A stretch of DNA of 64,000 nucleotides from Parcubacteria bacterium C7867-008 (GTDB lineage: Bacteria > Patescibacteriota > Minisyncoccia > Phycocordibacterales > Phycocordibacteraceae), in contig LFCR01000002.1 in NCBI GenBank assembly GCA_001189215.1, positions 10,677 through 74,676 on the forward strand. Direction: 5' to 3'. Position 1 is the first letter of the stretch; the number at the start of each line of letters is the position of its first letter. This document shows, piece after piece, positions 50,933 through 60,395 of the stretch. The translations under genes were made by a program, and so were the position numbers. The notes beneath the pieces are model-generated. The model saw only the letters and a program-made list of their open reading frames with translations, had not been told where the DNA came from and searched no databases.

Positions 50933-52468
50933 ATGTATATGTCTATAAAATTAGTATTGATTCTGCTGGCCATTTCAGGCACAGCAGGTATCGCGCTTGG
51001 CTATGTCTTGCGTCTCCTTATCGCACTGGGACAACGTGGTTCTCTCGAGCTTGAAGTGAAGCAGCGTATGCTCGAAGCGAAGGAGCGTGCCAGTCGTATC
51101 ATCGCTGAAGCTGAAGCTCGTGGTGAAGAAATAGAAAAAGAAGCTACCGCTCCCCTTAAAGAGCGTGAAACTCGTATAGAGTCCTATGCTAATCGCCTTT
51201 CAAAGCGTGAAGAGTTTCTTGATGAGCGCGAACAGGGTCTTTCTGAACTAAGTGAGCAGGTGAAGATGCGTGAGAATGAAGCAGCAAACCTGAAACGAGA
51301 GGCTGCAGCACTTATTCAAAGCGAACAGGCAGAACTTGCACGTATTGCGGAACTTTCTGAAGAAGAGGCTCGTACAAAACTATTGAGTAACATAGAGCAA
51401 TTGCATGAGAAAGCGATTCTCGCACGTATTCAGAAGCTTGAGACTAACGGCCGTGAGCGTATTGAAGAAACTGCACGTGGCATTCTTCTCACCGCCATTC
51501 ATCGCATGGGCAATGCAGTGAACACAGAGGTGATGACACTGTCTGTGCAACTCCCCTCAGAAGAACTCAAAGGAAAGGTTATCGGCAAAGAGGGCCGTAA
51601 CATAAAGGCCTTTGAACGCGCTACCGGTGTAGACGTCATCATCGATGAAGCACCAGACCGTATTACTCTTTCTTCCTTTGATCCGCTACGTCGCCATATC
51701 GCCAAGATAGCGCTTGAACGCCTTATCGAAGATGGCCGTATCCAGCCTGCAAAGATTGAGGAGATCGTTGAGAAGGCAAAGCAGGAAGTTGAGACCATCA
51801 TTAAGCAAAAGGGTGAGGAAGCAGCGTATGAGGTTGGCATTGTTGGTCTCGACTCACGCCTTATTACCCTTCTCGGTCGTCTGCACTTCCGTACCAGCTA
51901 CGGACAGAACGTCCTACAGCACTCTATTGAAATGGCACACATTGCTGGCATGCTCGCAGCAGAACTTGATGCAGATGCTGAGGTTGCACGCACTGGTGCT
52001 CTCCTTCATGACATTGGAAAAGCCGTAGATCATGAGGTACAAGGCACTCATGTTGAGATTGGTCGCCGTATCCTTGAGAAGTTCGGTGTAGACAAGAAGG
52101 TTATTCAGGCGATGCAGGCACATCATGAGGAATATCCGTATGAAACACCTGAGTCAATCATCGTGCAGGTTGCAGATAGCATCTCTGCAAGTCGCCCAGG
52201 TGCACGCAGAGACACCATTGAGCGGTATCTAGAGCGTCTTGGTGATCTTGAGCGCATAGCAAAGGGATTTGAAGGTGTTGAGAAGGTGTATGCGATACAA
52301 GCAGGACGTGAAATACGTATCTTTGTTAATCCAGGTAAGGTATCAGACCTTGAAACACATAAACTTGCGCGAGAAATTGCTGCACGTATTCAAGAAGAGC
52401 TTAAATATCCGGGAGAAATTAAAGTGAATGTGATTCGTGAGAACCGTGTGGTTGAATTCGCACGCTAA
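50933..52468 (+). CDS. rny: ribonuclease Y
   Basis: TM helix, coiled coil, KH (IGKEGRNI), HD (LLHDIGK), SASRPGAR. Confidence 0.97.
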   Translation: MYMSIKLVLILLAISGTAGIALGYVLRLLIALGQRGSLELEVKQRMLEAKERASRIIAEAEARGEEIEKEATAPLKERETRIESYANRLSKREEFLDEREQGLSELSEQVKMRENEAANLKREAAALIQSEQAELARIAELSEEEARTKLLSNIEQLHEKAILARIQKLETNGRERIEETARGILLTAIHRMGNAVNTEVMTLSVQLPSEELKGKVIGKEGRNIKAFERATGVDVIIDEAPDRITLSSFDPLRRHIAKIALERLIEDGRIQPAKIEEIVEKAKQEVETIIKQKGEEAAYEVGIVGLDSRLITLLGRLHFRTSYGQNVLQHSIEMAHIAGMLAAELDADAEVARTGALLHDIGKAVDHEVQGTHVEIGRRILEKFGVDKKVIQAMQAHHEEYPYETPESIIVQVADSISASRPGARRDTIERYLERLGDLERIAKGFEGVEKVYAIQAGREIRIFVNPGKVSDLETHKLAREIAARIQEELKYPGEIKVNVIRENRVVEFAR

Positions 52469-52622
52469 CCACACTTGACAGATTCTATAAAAATCACCCT
52501 TATGGGTGATTTTTCGCTATCCCCCTTATATTTCCTAGCCTATTGCGTTATATCCCTCATTTTCTATACTTTCCGCACAGACCTCCCTTGGAGGACTTAG
52601 CCCTAAACCCCAATAGATTCGT

Positions 52623-52829
52623 ATGAACAAGGCAGATATCGTGATGAAGGTGCAGGATGTGCTCGGCGGAACGAAAGCTGATGCAGAGCGCGCTGTAGAG
52701 ATGGTTATCGAAAGCATCGTAGGTGGCCTCAAGGCTGGTGACGAAGTATCGATTGCAGGTCTCGGCATTTTCCGTGCAAAGCCTCGTGCTGCACGTATGG
52801 CACGTAACCCTCGCACAGGTGAGTTCTAA
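52623..52829 (+). CDS. hup: HU DNA-binding protein, C-terminally truncated in this sequence
   Basis: MNKADIV, GLGIF, ARNPRTGE then F-stop. Confidence 0.9.
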   Translation: MNKADIVMKVQDVLGGTKADAERAVEMVIESIVGGLKAGDEVSIAGLGIFRAKPRAARMARNPRTGEF

Positions 52830-52831
52830 AA

Positions 52832-52860
52832 GGAAAAGCCCCGCTAAGCGGGGCTTTTCC
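52832..52860. terminator. bidirectional terminator
   Basis: GGAAAAGCCCCGC-TAA-GCGGGGCTTTTCC. Confidence 0.8.
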
Positions 52861-52866
52861 TTTTAT

Positions 52867-53634
52867 CTACACGAGTGGCCAAAGATTCTTAAACACCTCC
52901 CGTTGATCATGCGCCATGAGCTTGTCATGGATTTCAACAAGGTAAAACGGTTTTGTACGGGTATTAATCATGATTAGATAGTCTCCCACAATCCACGTGG
53001 TGGAGAGGAAGTCAGCTGCCTCTCCCCAGAACTTAATATTTCGATTCTTAAGGTGTCCACGTGATTTAGCAAATTGGACTTCAATTGGCGCACGATTACT
53101 TAACAGCTTAAGGTCAATACCTTCTGGCCAACGGAGCCAGTACCAACTTATCCATTCGTTGTAGTGTTCAACAAAAGTATGGTCTTGGAATCCCCACCAG
53201 GTGCGCTCATCGGTAGCGAGCAAGTTAGCATCCCAGACTTCTGCTTGTTGATGGAGAAAAGAAGATATCTTTGATTCTTCAATAAATCGAACGGTTGGGA
53301 CCGGATACGCAGTCTTAGCTGAAATCTTGGAAAGCTCAGCTGCTACTTTCTTTAATGTCTCCTCCTTAAGGACCAGCTTTTGTCTCTCACCTTCAATAAG
53401 TCCAATGATCTCGTCAGGAGTTGATGGCATAAACACACGAGGTCTTCGTGTTGAGTCTTCCGTAAGTAAACCCTTCTCTACTAACGAACGTGCAACGCTA
53501 TATGCTGTAGTGCGTTTCATCTGCGCCGCCTTAGCAAGACCTGCTGGTGCCAACGGGCCATTTTGAAGAATAGCTTGGTATAGAGCCAATTCGCTGTCAT
53601 TTAAATTAAGCGATTCAAGTAGTTTCTCGTCCAT
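52867..53634 (-). CDS. TrmB-family winged-helix regulator
   Basis: LNLNDSELALY...KRTTAYSVARSLVEKGL; C-terminal PLD-like sensor domain. Confidence 0.85.
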   Translation of the reverse strand: MDEKLLESLNLNDSELALYQAILQNGPLAPAGLAKAAQMKRTTAYSVARSLVEKGLLTEDSTRRPRVFMPSTPDEIIGLIEGERQKLVLKEETLKKVAAELSKISAKTAYPVPTVRFIEESKISSFLHQQAEVWDANLLATDERTWWGFQDHTFVEHYNEWISWYWLRWPEGIDLKLLSNRAPIEVQFAKSRGHLKNRNIKFWGEAADFLSTTWIVGDYLIMINTRTKPFYLVEIHDKLMAHDQREVFKNLWPLV

Positions 53635-53663
53635 TCCAAAAGCATATCTGTTGTCTAATGTTT

Positions 53664-53690
53664 GTCAACAAATGTCCGACATTTGTTGAC
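53664..53690. promoter_or_regulatory. 27-bp palindromic operator over divergent -35 boxes
   Basis: GTCAACAAATGTC-C-GACATTTGTTGAC. Confidence 0.65.
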
Positions 53691-53742
53691 CGATGTTACT
53701 TTTATGACATGATTCGATCAGAAATCAATAGGAGCAATTTAA

Positions 53743-53985
53743 ATGAATGAGCTGGAAGAAGACGAAACCACCACGGTGATTCACAAGCTCTGGCTGAGTT
53801 TCATGATGTTCACATTTTCAGGCATATGCGGGTTCTGCTTCTGGACTGAAGGTGTGCAGAAACACGTAATGCTTCAACTGATCATGGGGCCTATCTCCGC
53901 GCTGATCTTTCTCTTTGTGAGTGCCCTCTGCTTCTGGCTGGCTCTAAGGCAACTCAAAAGAAGGAGCCAGAAGAGGGCGACGTAG
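53743..53985 (+). CDS. small two-helix membrane protein
   Basis: AGGAG SD; two hydrophobic segments; basic tail. Confidence 0.65.
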   Translation: MNELEEDETTTVIHKLWLSFMMFTFSGICGFCFWTEGVQKHVMLQLIMGPISALIFLFVSALCFWLALRQLKRRSQKRAT

Positions 53986-54073
53986 GTCGCCCTTCCCATT
54001 CAGACGCTGAAACACTTCTGCGTCTGATAGGAAACTTGAACCTTTCATCACCAAACCCCAGGAGGGTCCGATC

Positions 54074-54760
54074 ATGCGTACGCAAGGTATCATCGCTATC
54101 GCCACCACGATCATCACAATCCTGCTTGCACCCTCGGCATTTGCCGAATGCAGCAACACGATCTACGGCAAAGTCGCTACTGGCTACATTCTGAAGGATG
54201 TCGGTGTGACAGCATCCGATCAACCGGTGGCACAGGGTGGATATACTCGCACCTGCGGAAAGCTTTCCAGTGACATCTTCTTAAGTACCGGTCCGCAACA
54301 AAAGACTGCTCATGAAGTCGATTTCTCTGGCTTCTACGACGACCAGTACGGGCCAGTGAAAATTCAACTGTCTGGTCAGTACTACTTCGTAAACCTGGGT
54401 CACTCGCTCACGAAACCGAAAGATGATATCGCTGAGTTCTATGCTGATGCATCTGTTCCGATTTCTCTTGCGGGTGTGACGATCTCTCCGCTAATACGTG
54501 TTGTTCAGATCGTTGGAGTGAAAACTCTGCCAAGCGAAACTCTTCTTCAAGGTGGCGGACGTATATCCGTACAGTTAAATGAGCGCACATCGTTCAACGC
54601 AGAGATCCGTAAGTCCAGAAGCTCCAGACACTACTCTGTGTGGCGTTCATCCGCTACGCTCTCGAACAAAATCTCGAAGAGCACATCTATCAACGTTGGT
54701 TGGGAGAATACAGATCGTACTGATTCTGTCTTCTCGATCGGCGCCTCGCGCAGTTTCTAG
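54074..54760 (+). CDS. TorF-like outer-membrane beta-barrel protein
   Basis: AGGAGG SD; signal peptide SAFA; SDQPVAQGG, EVDFSGFY; amphipathic strands; terminal Phe. Confidence 0.65.
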   Translation: MRTQGIIAIATTIITILLAPSAFAECSNTIYGKVATGYILKDVGVTASDQPVAQGGYTRTCGKLSSDIFLSTGPQQKTAHEVDFSGFYDDQYGPVKIQLSGQYYFVNLGHSLTKPKDDIAEFYADASVPISLAGVTISPLIRVVQIVGVKTLPSETLLQGGGRISVQLNERTSFNAEIRKSRSSRHYSVWRSSATLSNKISKSTSINVGWENTDRTDSVFSIGASRSF

Positions 54761-54772
54761 AGGGTGTTGGAC

Positions 54773-55015
54773 ATGAGTAAAGATCCGTGCGAGGAACTTG
54801 ATGGCCTCCTTTGTCAGTATGTTTGTGAGATCTTGGTGGGTGAACCATTGGAGCGAATCCAAGAGCACCTAAAAGTCTGCACTGGCTGCCAGGAACTCCT
54901 TACATACTTGCAGGAAGGACGAGCTGCTGATTATGCAGCAGATCCTGAATGGGCCGCACTGGTGGCAAAAGATCGACAAGGTGTCATTGCCACACGTAAA
55001 TCTAAGCTCAATTGA
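54773..55015 (+). CDS. zf-HC2 (ZAS) anti-sigma-like zinc-finger protein
   Basis: C...Y...EHLKVCTGC (HxxxCxxC); GAGGG SD. Confidence 0.7.
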   Translation: MSKDPCEELDGLLCQYVCEILVGEPLERIQEHLKVCTGCQELLTYLQEGRAADYAADPEWAALVAKDRQGVIATRKSKLN

Positions 55016-55047
55016 GCTGCCGCGCTGCTAGTCAGCGCGGCTTTGTT

Positions 55048-56232
55048 TTATTCAAAATACTTCCTCTTCTTTAATTTCTCAGGCAAATAACTCTCTTCGT
55101 CATACATCTCATACCCCTTACCGTACTCAAGATCTTTCATAAGCTTCGTGGGTGCATTACGGATGTGTTTTGGTACCGGAAGATTACCCATCTTCTTTAT
55201 ATCTGCTTGTGCAGCGCGTAGTGCATCGTATGCAGAACGATCTTTCTTTGCTTGAGCTAGGTATGCAACACCATGAGCAAGATTTATTGCACATTCTGGA
55301 TATCCAATTACTTCGCATGCTCTAAACACTGCATTAGCCACCACTAGTGCTGTTGGTTGTGCCACGCCTATATCTTCTGAAGCGAAGATAACCATCCTGC
55401 GCGCGATAAAGAGTGGGTCTTCACCTGCTTCAACCATGCGTGCTAGATAATACACAGCAGCATCTGGTTGGGACGCGCGCATGCTTTTTATGAATGCACT
55501 GATAGTGTCGTAGTGTTCGTCACCCTTTTTGTCGTAGCGAAGATGCGGAGATTCTAGTGCTTTATTAAGAGTGTCAACGGTTATCTTTCCATAGAGACTG
55601 GTGGTGCTGTCTAGGAGAGTAAGGGCACGCCGTGCGTCCCCATTCGCATATCCCATCAACCATTCAAATGCATCCCTGCCGAGCTTTAGTTTGGCGCGCT
55701 TCACAATAGCTCGTAATGATTCTTCTGAAAGTGGTTCTAGTACAAACACTCTGCAACGAGACAGGAGTGCAGGTATCACTTCGAAGGAAGGGTTTTCTGT
55801 GGTTGCACCAATAAGTGTTAGCTTCCCACTTTCAACATACGGAAGAAGAAAGTCTTGCTGACTTTTATTAAACCGATGTATCTCATCTAGAAACAATACT
55901 TTTGGGCGCTCAGGTGCGAACACATCATCCGAGAACGGTTCTTGAAATGTGTTCTTCCCTCCCCTACCCTTTGCTGCTCCATCTACTATCTGACGAATGT
56001 CTTCCTTCCCCGCAGAAACGGCTGAGAGCTCGTATAGATCTGCATCTAATGCTTTGGCATAGATGCGTGCAATGGTCGTCTTACCGGTCCCTGGAGGGCC
56101 CCACAACAGGAACGAGAATCGATGTCTCTTCTCTATTGCAACTCGTATCGGCTTCCCTTCTCCTACCAAATGCTCTTGGCCCACGAACTCATCAAGAGTC
56201 TTAGGCCTGAGACGTGCTGCAAGAGGTTCCAT
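55048..56232 (-). CDS. rarA: replication-associated recombination protein A
   Basis: PLAARLRP, GPPGTGKTT, DEIHRFNK, GATTENP, SAFIKSMR, SEDIG. Confidence 0.96.
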   Translation of the reverse strand: MEPLAARLRPKTLDEFVGQEHLVGEGKPIRVAIEKRHRFSFLLWGPPGTGKTTIARIYAKALDADLYELSAVSAGKEDIRQIVDGAAKGRGGKNTFQEPFSDDVFAPERPKVLFLDEIHRFNKSQQDFLLPYVESGKLTLIGATTENPSFEVIPALLSRCRVFVLEPLSEESLRAIVKRAKLKLGRDAFEWLMGYANGDARRALTLLDSTTSLYGKITVDTLNKALESPHLRYDKKGDEHYDTISAFIKSMRASQPDAAVYYLARMVEAGEDPLFIARRMVIFASEDIGVAQPTALVVANAVFRACEVIGYPECAINLAHGVAYLAQAKKDRSAYDALRAAQADIKKMGNLPVPKHIRNAPTKLMKDLEYGKGYEMYDEESYLPEKLKKRKYFE

Positions 56233-56303
56233 ACATAAAGGGTACGCCGGTGTATCTGAAAATCAATCGAACACCATACCAAAACTCGTGATACCCTACC
56301 CTC

Positions 56304-56924
56304 ATGAAGAAGGTCTATATTGTTGGCATCCTGACGACTATTGTGCTTATTTTAGGTGTTTTCTACTTCGCTCAAAATAATTCTGGAGTAGATTTAACTA
56401 CTGTTACAGTGCAATTTCTTCCTGATAACAGTACGTACGGCAAAGGGACATTAACTCCACAGCAACAGCAAATTAAAGATGTAGCGTTTTCTCTCCTGCA
56501 AAAGTTTAACCATGCGAGCGAAGAGAATCGAGATGGCTATACCCTTCTTGGCGTCGGCCATACATACGTCGTAATGCGATACTATCCAGCAACCTCATTA
56601 TTCCCACGCGATTATGTGATTGATCTAAAAAAGAGAACCGTGCACGGACTTGAAACAGGCTATTCATTCCAAACCCGTGACACTATTGTCTACATATTTT
56701 CAAAGCGTATAGCGTACCTAAAACTGGACCAAGGATTTAGTATCGAACTACCAAATTCACTCTTGGGTGCTGATGAAACCTACGAGCCTAGCGACGGTCT
56801 TTTACCTAAACCAGAAGTAATCCAAACGGAAAGTTCTTTTGCCGTGTCTATTTTTACTAATGAATCTGAATATGGAAGTGTTGAGCATAAGAAGGTTCGC
56901 GAACAAACGTTTCAAATACCTTAA
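56304..56924 (+). CDS. membrane-anchored hypothetical protein
   Basis: N-terminal TM helix; 206-aa ORF. Confidence 0.65.
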   Translation: MKKVYIVGILTTIVLILGVFYFAQNNSGVDLTTVTVQFLPDNSTYGKGTLTPQQQQIKDVAFSLLQKFNHASEENRDGYTLLGVGHTYVVMRYYPATSLFPRDYVIDLKKRTVHGLETGYSFQTRDTIVYIFSKRIAYLKLDQGFSIELPNSLLGADETYEPSDGLLPKPEVIQTESSFAVSIFTNESEYGSVEHKKVREQTFQIP

Positions 56925-58697
56925 TTAATCCTCCCAGACAGTCGGTGTCTCCTTAGCGTTCTGAAGTGAGGAGTGGGCAACAATACTAACCATGTGTTCC
57001 TCTTTAACGTGATGCATTTGTGCAAGCTCTTTCTTATATTCAACCCATCGCTCTAGCAGATGTTTCTGCGACATCTTATCTAAATCATAGATACCCGGCG
57101 TCTGTTCACCAATCGAGAGAAGATGTGCAGCCTGCATGGCACCGATATACAATAGACAGCGAGTAAGAACAATATCTTCATCTGGTGTTGAATCTTTGAT
57201 GCGATCAAAGTTAATGGGATAGCCACCATTAAGTATTTTTAGATCTAAATCATCGTGAACCGTAACGATTTGGGTGCCATAAACATCTGAAGTTGGTTCA
57301 GCTAGTTTGAGTAACGATCCAAACTCCACATCTGCAGAGGATGCACTCACAAGAACTTTAGAGCCTGAAACACGTTCAAGGGCAGTACCAACAATTGAAT
57401 CAGTACCCACGGTTCCGACTATTAAATCGCACTTGTTTAGAAGTACATCAATTGAGCTTATGGAATTCTCTGGTACCGAGTCACTTGAGTGATAGGTTGG
57501 GTCATAACAAAGTACGGTTCTTCCCATTGCAGTAAGCGCTCTTTGCACTGCTCCACCAATACTACCTACACCTAGAATGCCTATCTGTTTTGAATCAGAA
57601 ATAGCACCTAGTTCATTTAGTTTCTTAACAACAGAGATTCCAATGAATTCGGATTCAATCAACTTCTTAATACCCGAAGAAGCAACGCTAATTATTGGTG
57701 GAGTCTTTATGGTGCTTCCCTCAACACGAGTGATCCCTCGTTGAGTTTGTTCAACACCAACAATTTGTACTCCCTCTAACTCCTTCCAGGGTATTGAGTG
57801 CCAGAGATCTCCACCATCATCCACAATTAGAAGCTTCTTAAAACGGTACTTCTTTTGGCTCTCAATAACCTTCCTCCACAACACTTCAATACTTTTCTGT
57901 GTAGCGAATTCATACGGCATACCTGCCTCCATATGCACTTTCGTTACGTCGTATCCAGATCTAACAAGATCATTAAATACTGAGCGTATGGTTGAGTATG
58001 GCTTTTCAAGAATATATATACGCCCAGGCGCTACGAGATGTGAAAGATGTCTAAAGAATGGAGAGCTATTGGGCAGTAAGTGGGTATGCACAATAATTGC
58101 GCAATCAGGAAGTCTTGATCGTGTTGTATGATCCGCTGCCCAATCAAGCAGAGGGAGAGAACTAATGGGCTGTGGTACGTGATCTGCTCGTGCCAATGCT
58201 ATGAAGTAGTTTCTGAATTCAGAAGCTTGTGCTGTTTCCTCTTGGAGTAGGGACGAACCAAAGTACATAACATCGCACTCCGTGTCTGCAATTAGTGTCC
58301 ACTCTCCTATTTGGCGAGAACGCTTAGTTAAAAGCCAGTCACTTGTTTCGAATAGTCCAATGAAATCTCCTGGTCCGAGAGTCTTAGTCCCCTTTCCTGC
58401 TTTTAACACAACAATATTTCCTCTTAGCACCACCCCAAGTGGGACATGCGCATATTGTAGGTCTGGATTAGAATCAATATCACAAGCTGTTAGTACTCCA
58501 TCGTTAACAACTTCTACACCTTTGCAATATTCAGCGACAAGAACCTTCCCACGCTTCTTTGCAAGGAATACCTGAAGCGCATTAGCATTAGCTACCGGTA
58601 TCTTGTGATATCCAACAGAAGTATCAGACGAAATACGTTCTAGTACACGCTGTACTACTTGCAGATCAGCCTCTTTCCATGAAACAGGTATGTTCAT
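56925..58697 (-). CDS. cNMP-binding-like domain fused to a divergent S-adenosylhomocysteine-hydrolase-like enzyme
   Basis: GVVLRGNIVV...LGPGDFIG...IADTECDV; then HLL, VDDGGDL, VEQTQRG, GVGSIG, LNGGYPINF. Confidence 0.7.
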   Translation of the reverse strand: MNIPVSWKEADLQVVQRVLERISSDTSVGYHKIPVANANALQVFLAKKRGKVLVAEYCKGVEVVNDGVLTACDIDSNPDLQYAHVPLGVVLRGNIVVLKAGKGTKTLGPGDFIGLFETSDWLLTKRSRQIGEWTLIADTECDVMYFGSSLLQEETAQASEFRNYFIALARADHVPQPISSLPLLDWAADHTTRSRLPDCAIIVHTHLLPNSSPFFRHLSHLVAPGRIYILEKPYSTIRSVFNDLVRSGYDVTKVHMEAGMPYEFATQKSIEVLWRKVIESQKKYRFKKLLIVDDGGDLWHSIPWKELEGVQIVGVEQTQRGITRVEGSTIKTPPIISVASSGIKKLIESEFIGISVVKKLNELGAISDSKQIGILGVGSIGGAVQRALTAMGRTVLCYDPTYHSSDSVPENSISSIDVLLNKCDLIVGTVGTDSIVGTALERVSGSKVLVSASSADVEFGSLLKLAEPTSDVYGTQIVTVHDDLDLKILNGGYPINFDRIKDSTPDEDIVLTRCLLYIGAMQAAHLLSIGEQTPGIYDLDKMSQKHLLERWVEYKKELAQMHHVKEEHMVSIVAHSSLQNAKETPTVWED

Positions 58698-58707
58698 GAG
58701 TACCTGG

Positions 58708-59433
58708 TTACGAACCCTTCTTTAGAGAACACGTATACACCTGACAGTTGTAGTTAAAGTCTGGGCCACTGTATGCAGGATCATTCCAGTCATTCTTTTC
58801 TTCAAAGTCATCTATCTTAAGGTTGTTTGTTTCAAGTGCTTTCTTAAAGCGAACAACATCTCCGGACTGTGAGAAACCTAGATACAATTTGCCATCTTCC
58901 TTAAGGAAATGTTTAACCTCTGCTAGAAGGGTTTCCATGGCGTAGTAATCAGCATCTATAACACCCTTCTCGAGATCATTTGCTGGAACACCGTTATGGT
59001 ATGGAAGATTAAATATGATCGAATCATATGCAATCTTTGGAACGTTTGAGAACACATCTGAAACCACAGCCACAGCATTTGTGAGCTTAAATTTCTCAAA
59101 GTTAATCTTAGTATTTTCAATAGCCGCAGGATTAATATCAGCTGCAGTGATAGATTTTGCACCACGCAGACCAACAAACACTGAAACGAGACCAGACCCA
59201 GGACCTAGCTCAAGTACATTCTGCCCTGAAAAGTCTTTTGGGATGTAATCAATCATGTACACACCTGCCCAGTCGTACTTGGGCGACATTACACCAGGTA
59301 GTACAGTAATTTCCTCGCCAAATACTGTTACGTCGTATGGGGCAGTATGTGTATTAACCTTATTCAAGTATGGACGTGTGGTTAGGTGAATCTGATCATC
59401 ATCGAGAGCGGTAAGATATTCTTTTTCGTTCAT
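58708..59433 (-). CDS. class I SAM-dependent methyltransferase (HemK/RsmC-like)
   Basis: VLELGPGSG, ADINP, IIFNLPY. Confidence 0.9.
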   Translation of the reverse strand: MNEKEYLTALDDDQIHLTTRPYLNKVNTHTAPYDVTVFGEEITVLPGVMSPKYDWAGVYMIDYIPKDFSGQNVLELGPGSGLVSVFVGLRGAKSITAADINPAAIENTKINFEKFKLTNAVAVVSDVFSNVPKIAYDSIIFNLPYHNGVPANDLEKGVIDADYYAMETLLAEVKHFLKEDGKLYLGFSQSGDVVRFKKALETNNLKIDDFEEKNDWNDPAYSGPDFNYNCQVYTCSLKKGS

Positions 59434-59472
59434 GGCCCAAATTTAACTTTAGTTTTCAGAAAAGTCAATTTA

Positions 59473-59559
59473 TAGTCATTAGTATATTCATATATATAAA
59501 TGACTAAATACATTGATATTTAATGATTTATTAGATAATATAGTCATAAATATATGACT
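59473..59559. promoter_or_regulatory. divergent promoter region with AGTCAT/ATGACT inverted repeats
   Basis: TAGTCATT-N18-AATGACTA and AGTCATA-N4-TATGACT. Confidence 0.55.
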
Positions 59560-60297
59560 GTTAAAAATCAGAATCATCTGGAAAATGCTTTAAAGGTTGG
59601 TCTTTCTGCTAAAGCAGCAAGTGTATATGTAACGCTTCTCGAAGCCGGTTCTGCACTTAGTCCGAAAGCACTTATCATTAGAACCTCTCTTCATCGACAG
59701 TACGTATACGACGCACTATATGAACTGGAAGAACGCAGACTCATTAGTACATCTGGTGAGAAGAGAGCAATTAAGTATTTGGCCACTAGCCCAGATAGAT
59801 TGCTTCAAGATGTAGAAAAGCAGCGCCTAGAAACTATTGATGGCGTACAAGCGCTTATGAAGCTGTACGATCACTCCCCTGCTGGTTTCGTTGAAATTAT
59901 ACGCGGCAGCAAAGCAGCCATTGAGAGTGAATTCAAAATGATTACTGAAGCAAAGAGGGGTGATTATCTAGATATCGTTGGAGGGGCTGGCATGAGCTTT
60001 GTTCAACTTTTTGAAGGCCGTATTGAGGAATGGGAGCAGCTGCGTAAAGAGAAGCAAATTAAACTACGCTATATCGGTACTGATGAAGATGTTCGACACA
60101 ATAAAGAGATTAGCGTTATACAGAATGAATCACGTGCCATACCGGGTATCGGTAACATCGTTAATGTTTGTATACGCCCCGAAAGCGTAAGTTTTAATAT
60201 CTACGAACCCGAGATCGTAACAGTTCGTGTACGCAATCAAGCTGCTGTATTAAGTCAGCGAGCACTATTCGAAGTGCTTTGGAATGTGGCTAAATAG
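59554..60297 (+). CDS. TrmB-family winged-helix regulator
   Basis: GLSAKAASVYVTLL...LHRQYVYDALYEL; LFEVLW C-terminus. Confidence 0.85.
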   Translation: MTVKNQNHLENALKVGLSAKAASVYVTLLEAGSALSPKALIIRTSLHRQYVYDALYELEERRLISTSGEKRAIKYLATSPDRLLQDVEKQRLETIDGVQALMKLYDHSPAGFVEIIRGSKAAIESEFKMITEAKRGDYLDIVGGAGMSFVQLFEGRIEEWEQLRKEKQIKLRYIGTDEDVRHNKEISVIQNESRAIPGIGNIVNVCIRPESVSFNIYEPEIVTVRVRNQAAVLSQRALFEVLWNVAK

Positions 60298-60324
60298 TTA
60301 CCGTAACGCACTGTAGTAAATTTG

Positions 60325-60395
60325 TGCGGGATAGGAGAATCGAACTCCTGTCTGCTCTTTGGAAGAGAGCCATTTTACCATTAAACTAATCCCGC
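60325..60395 (-). tRNA. tRNA-Gly (TCC), CCA end not encoded
   Basis: GCGGGAT acceptor stem, GCTCT-CTTCCAA-AGAGC anticodon arm, GTTCGATTC T-loop. Confidence 0.96.
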
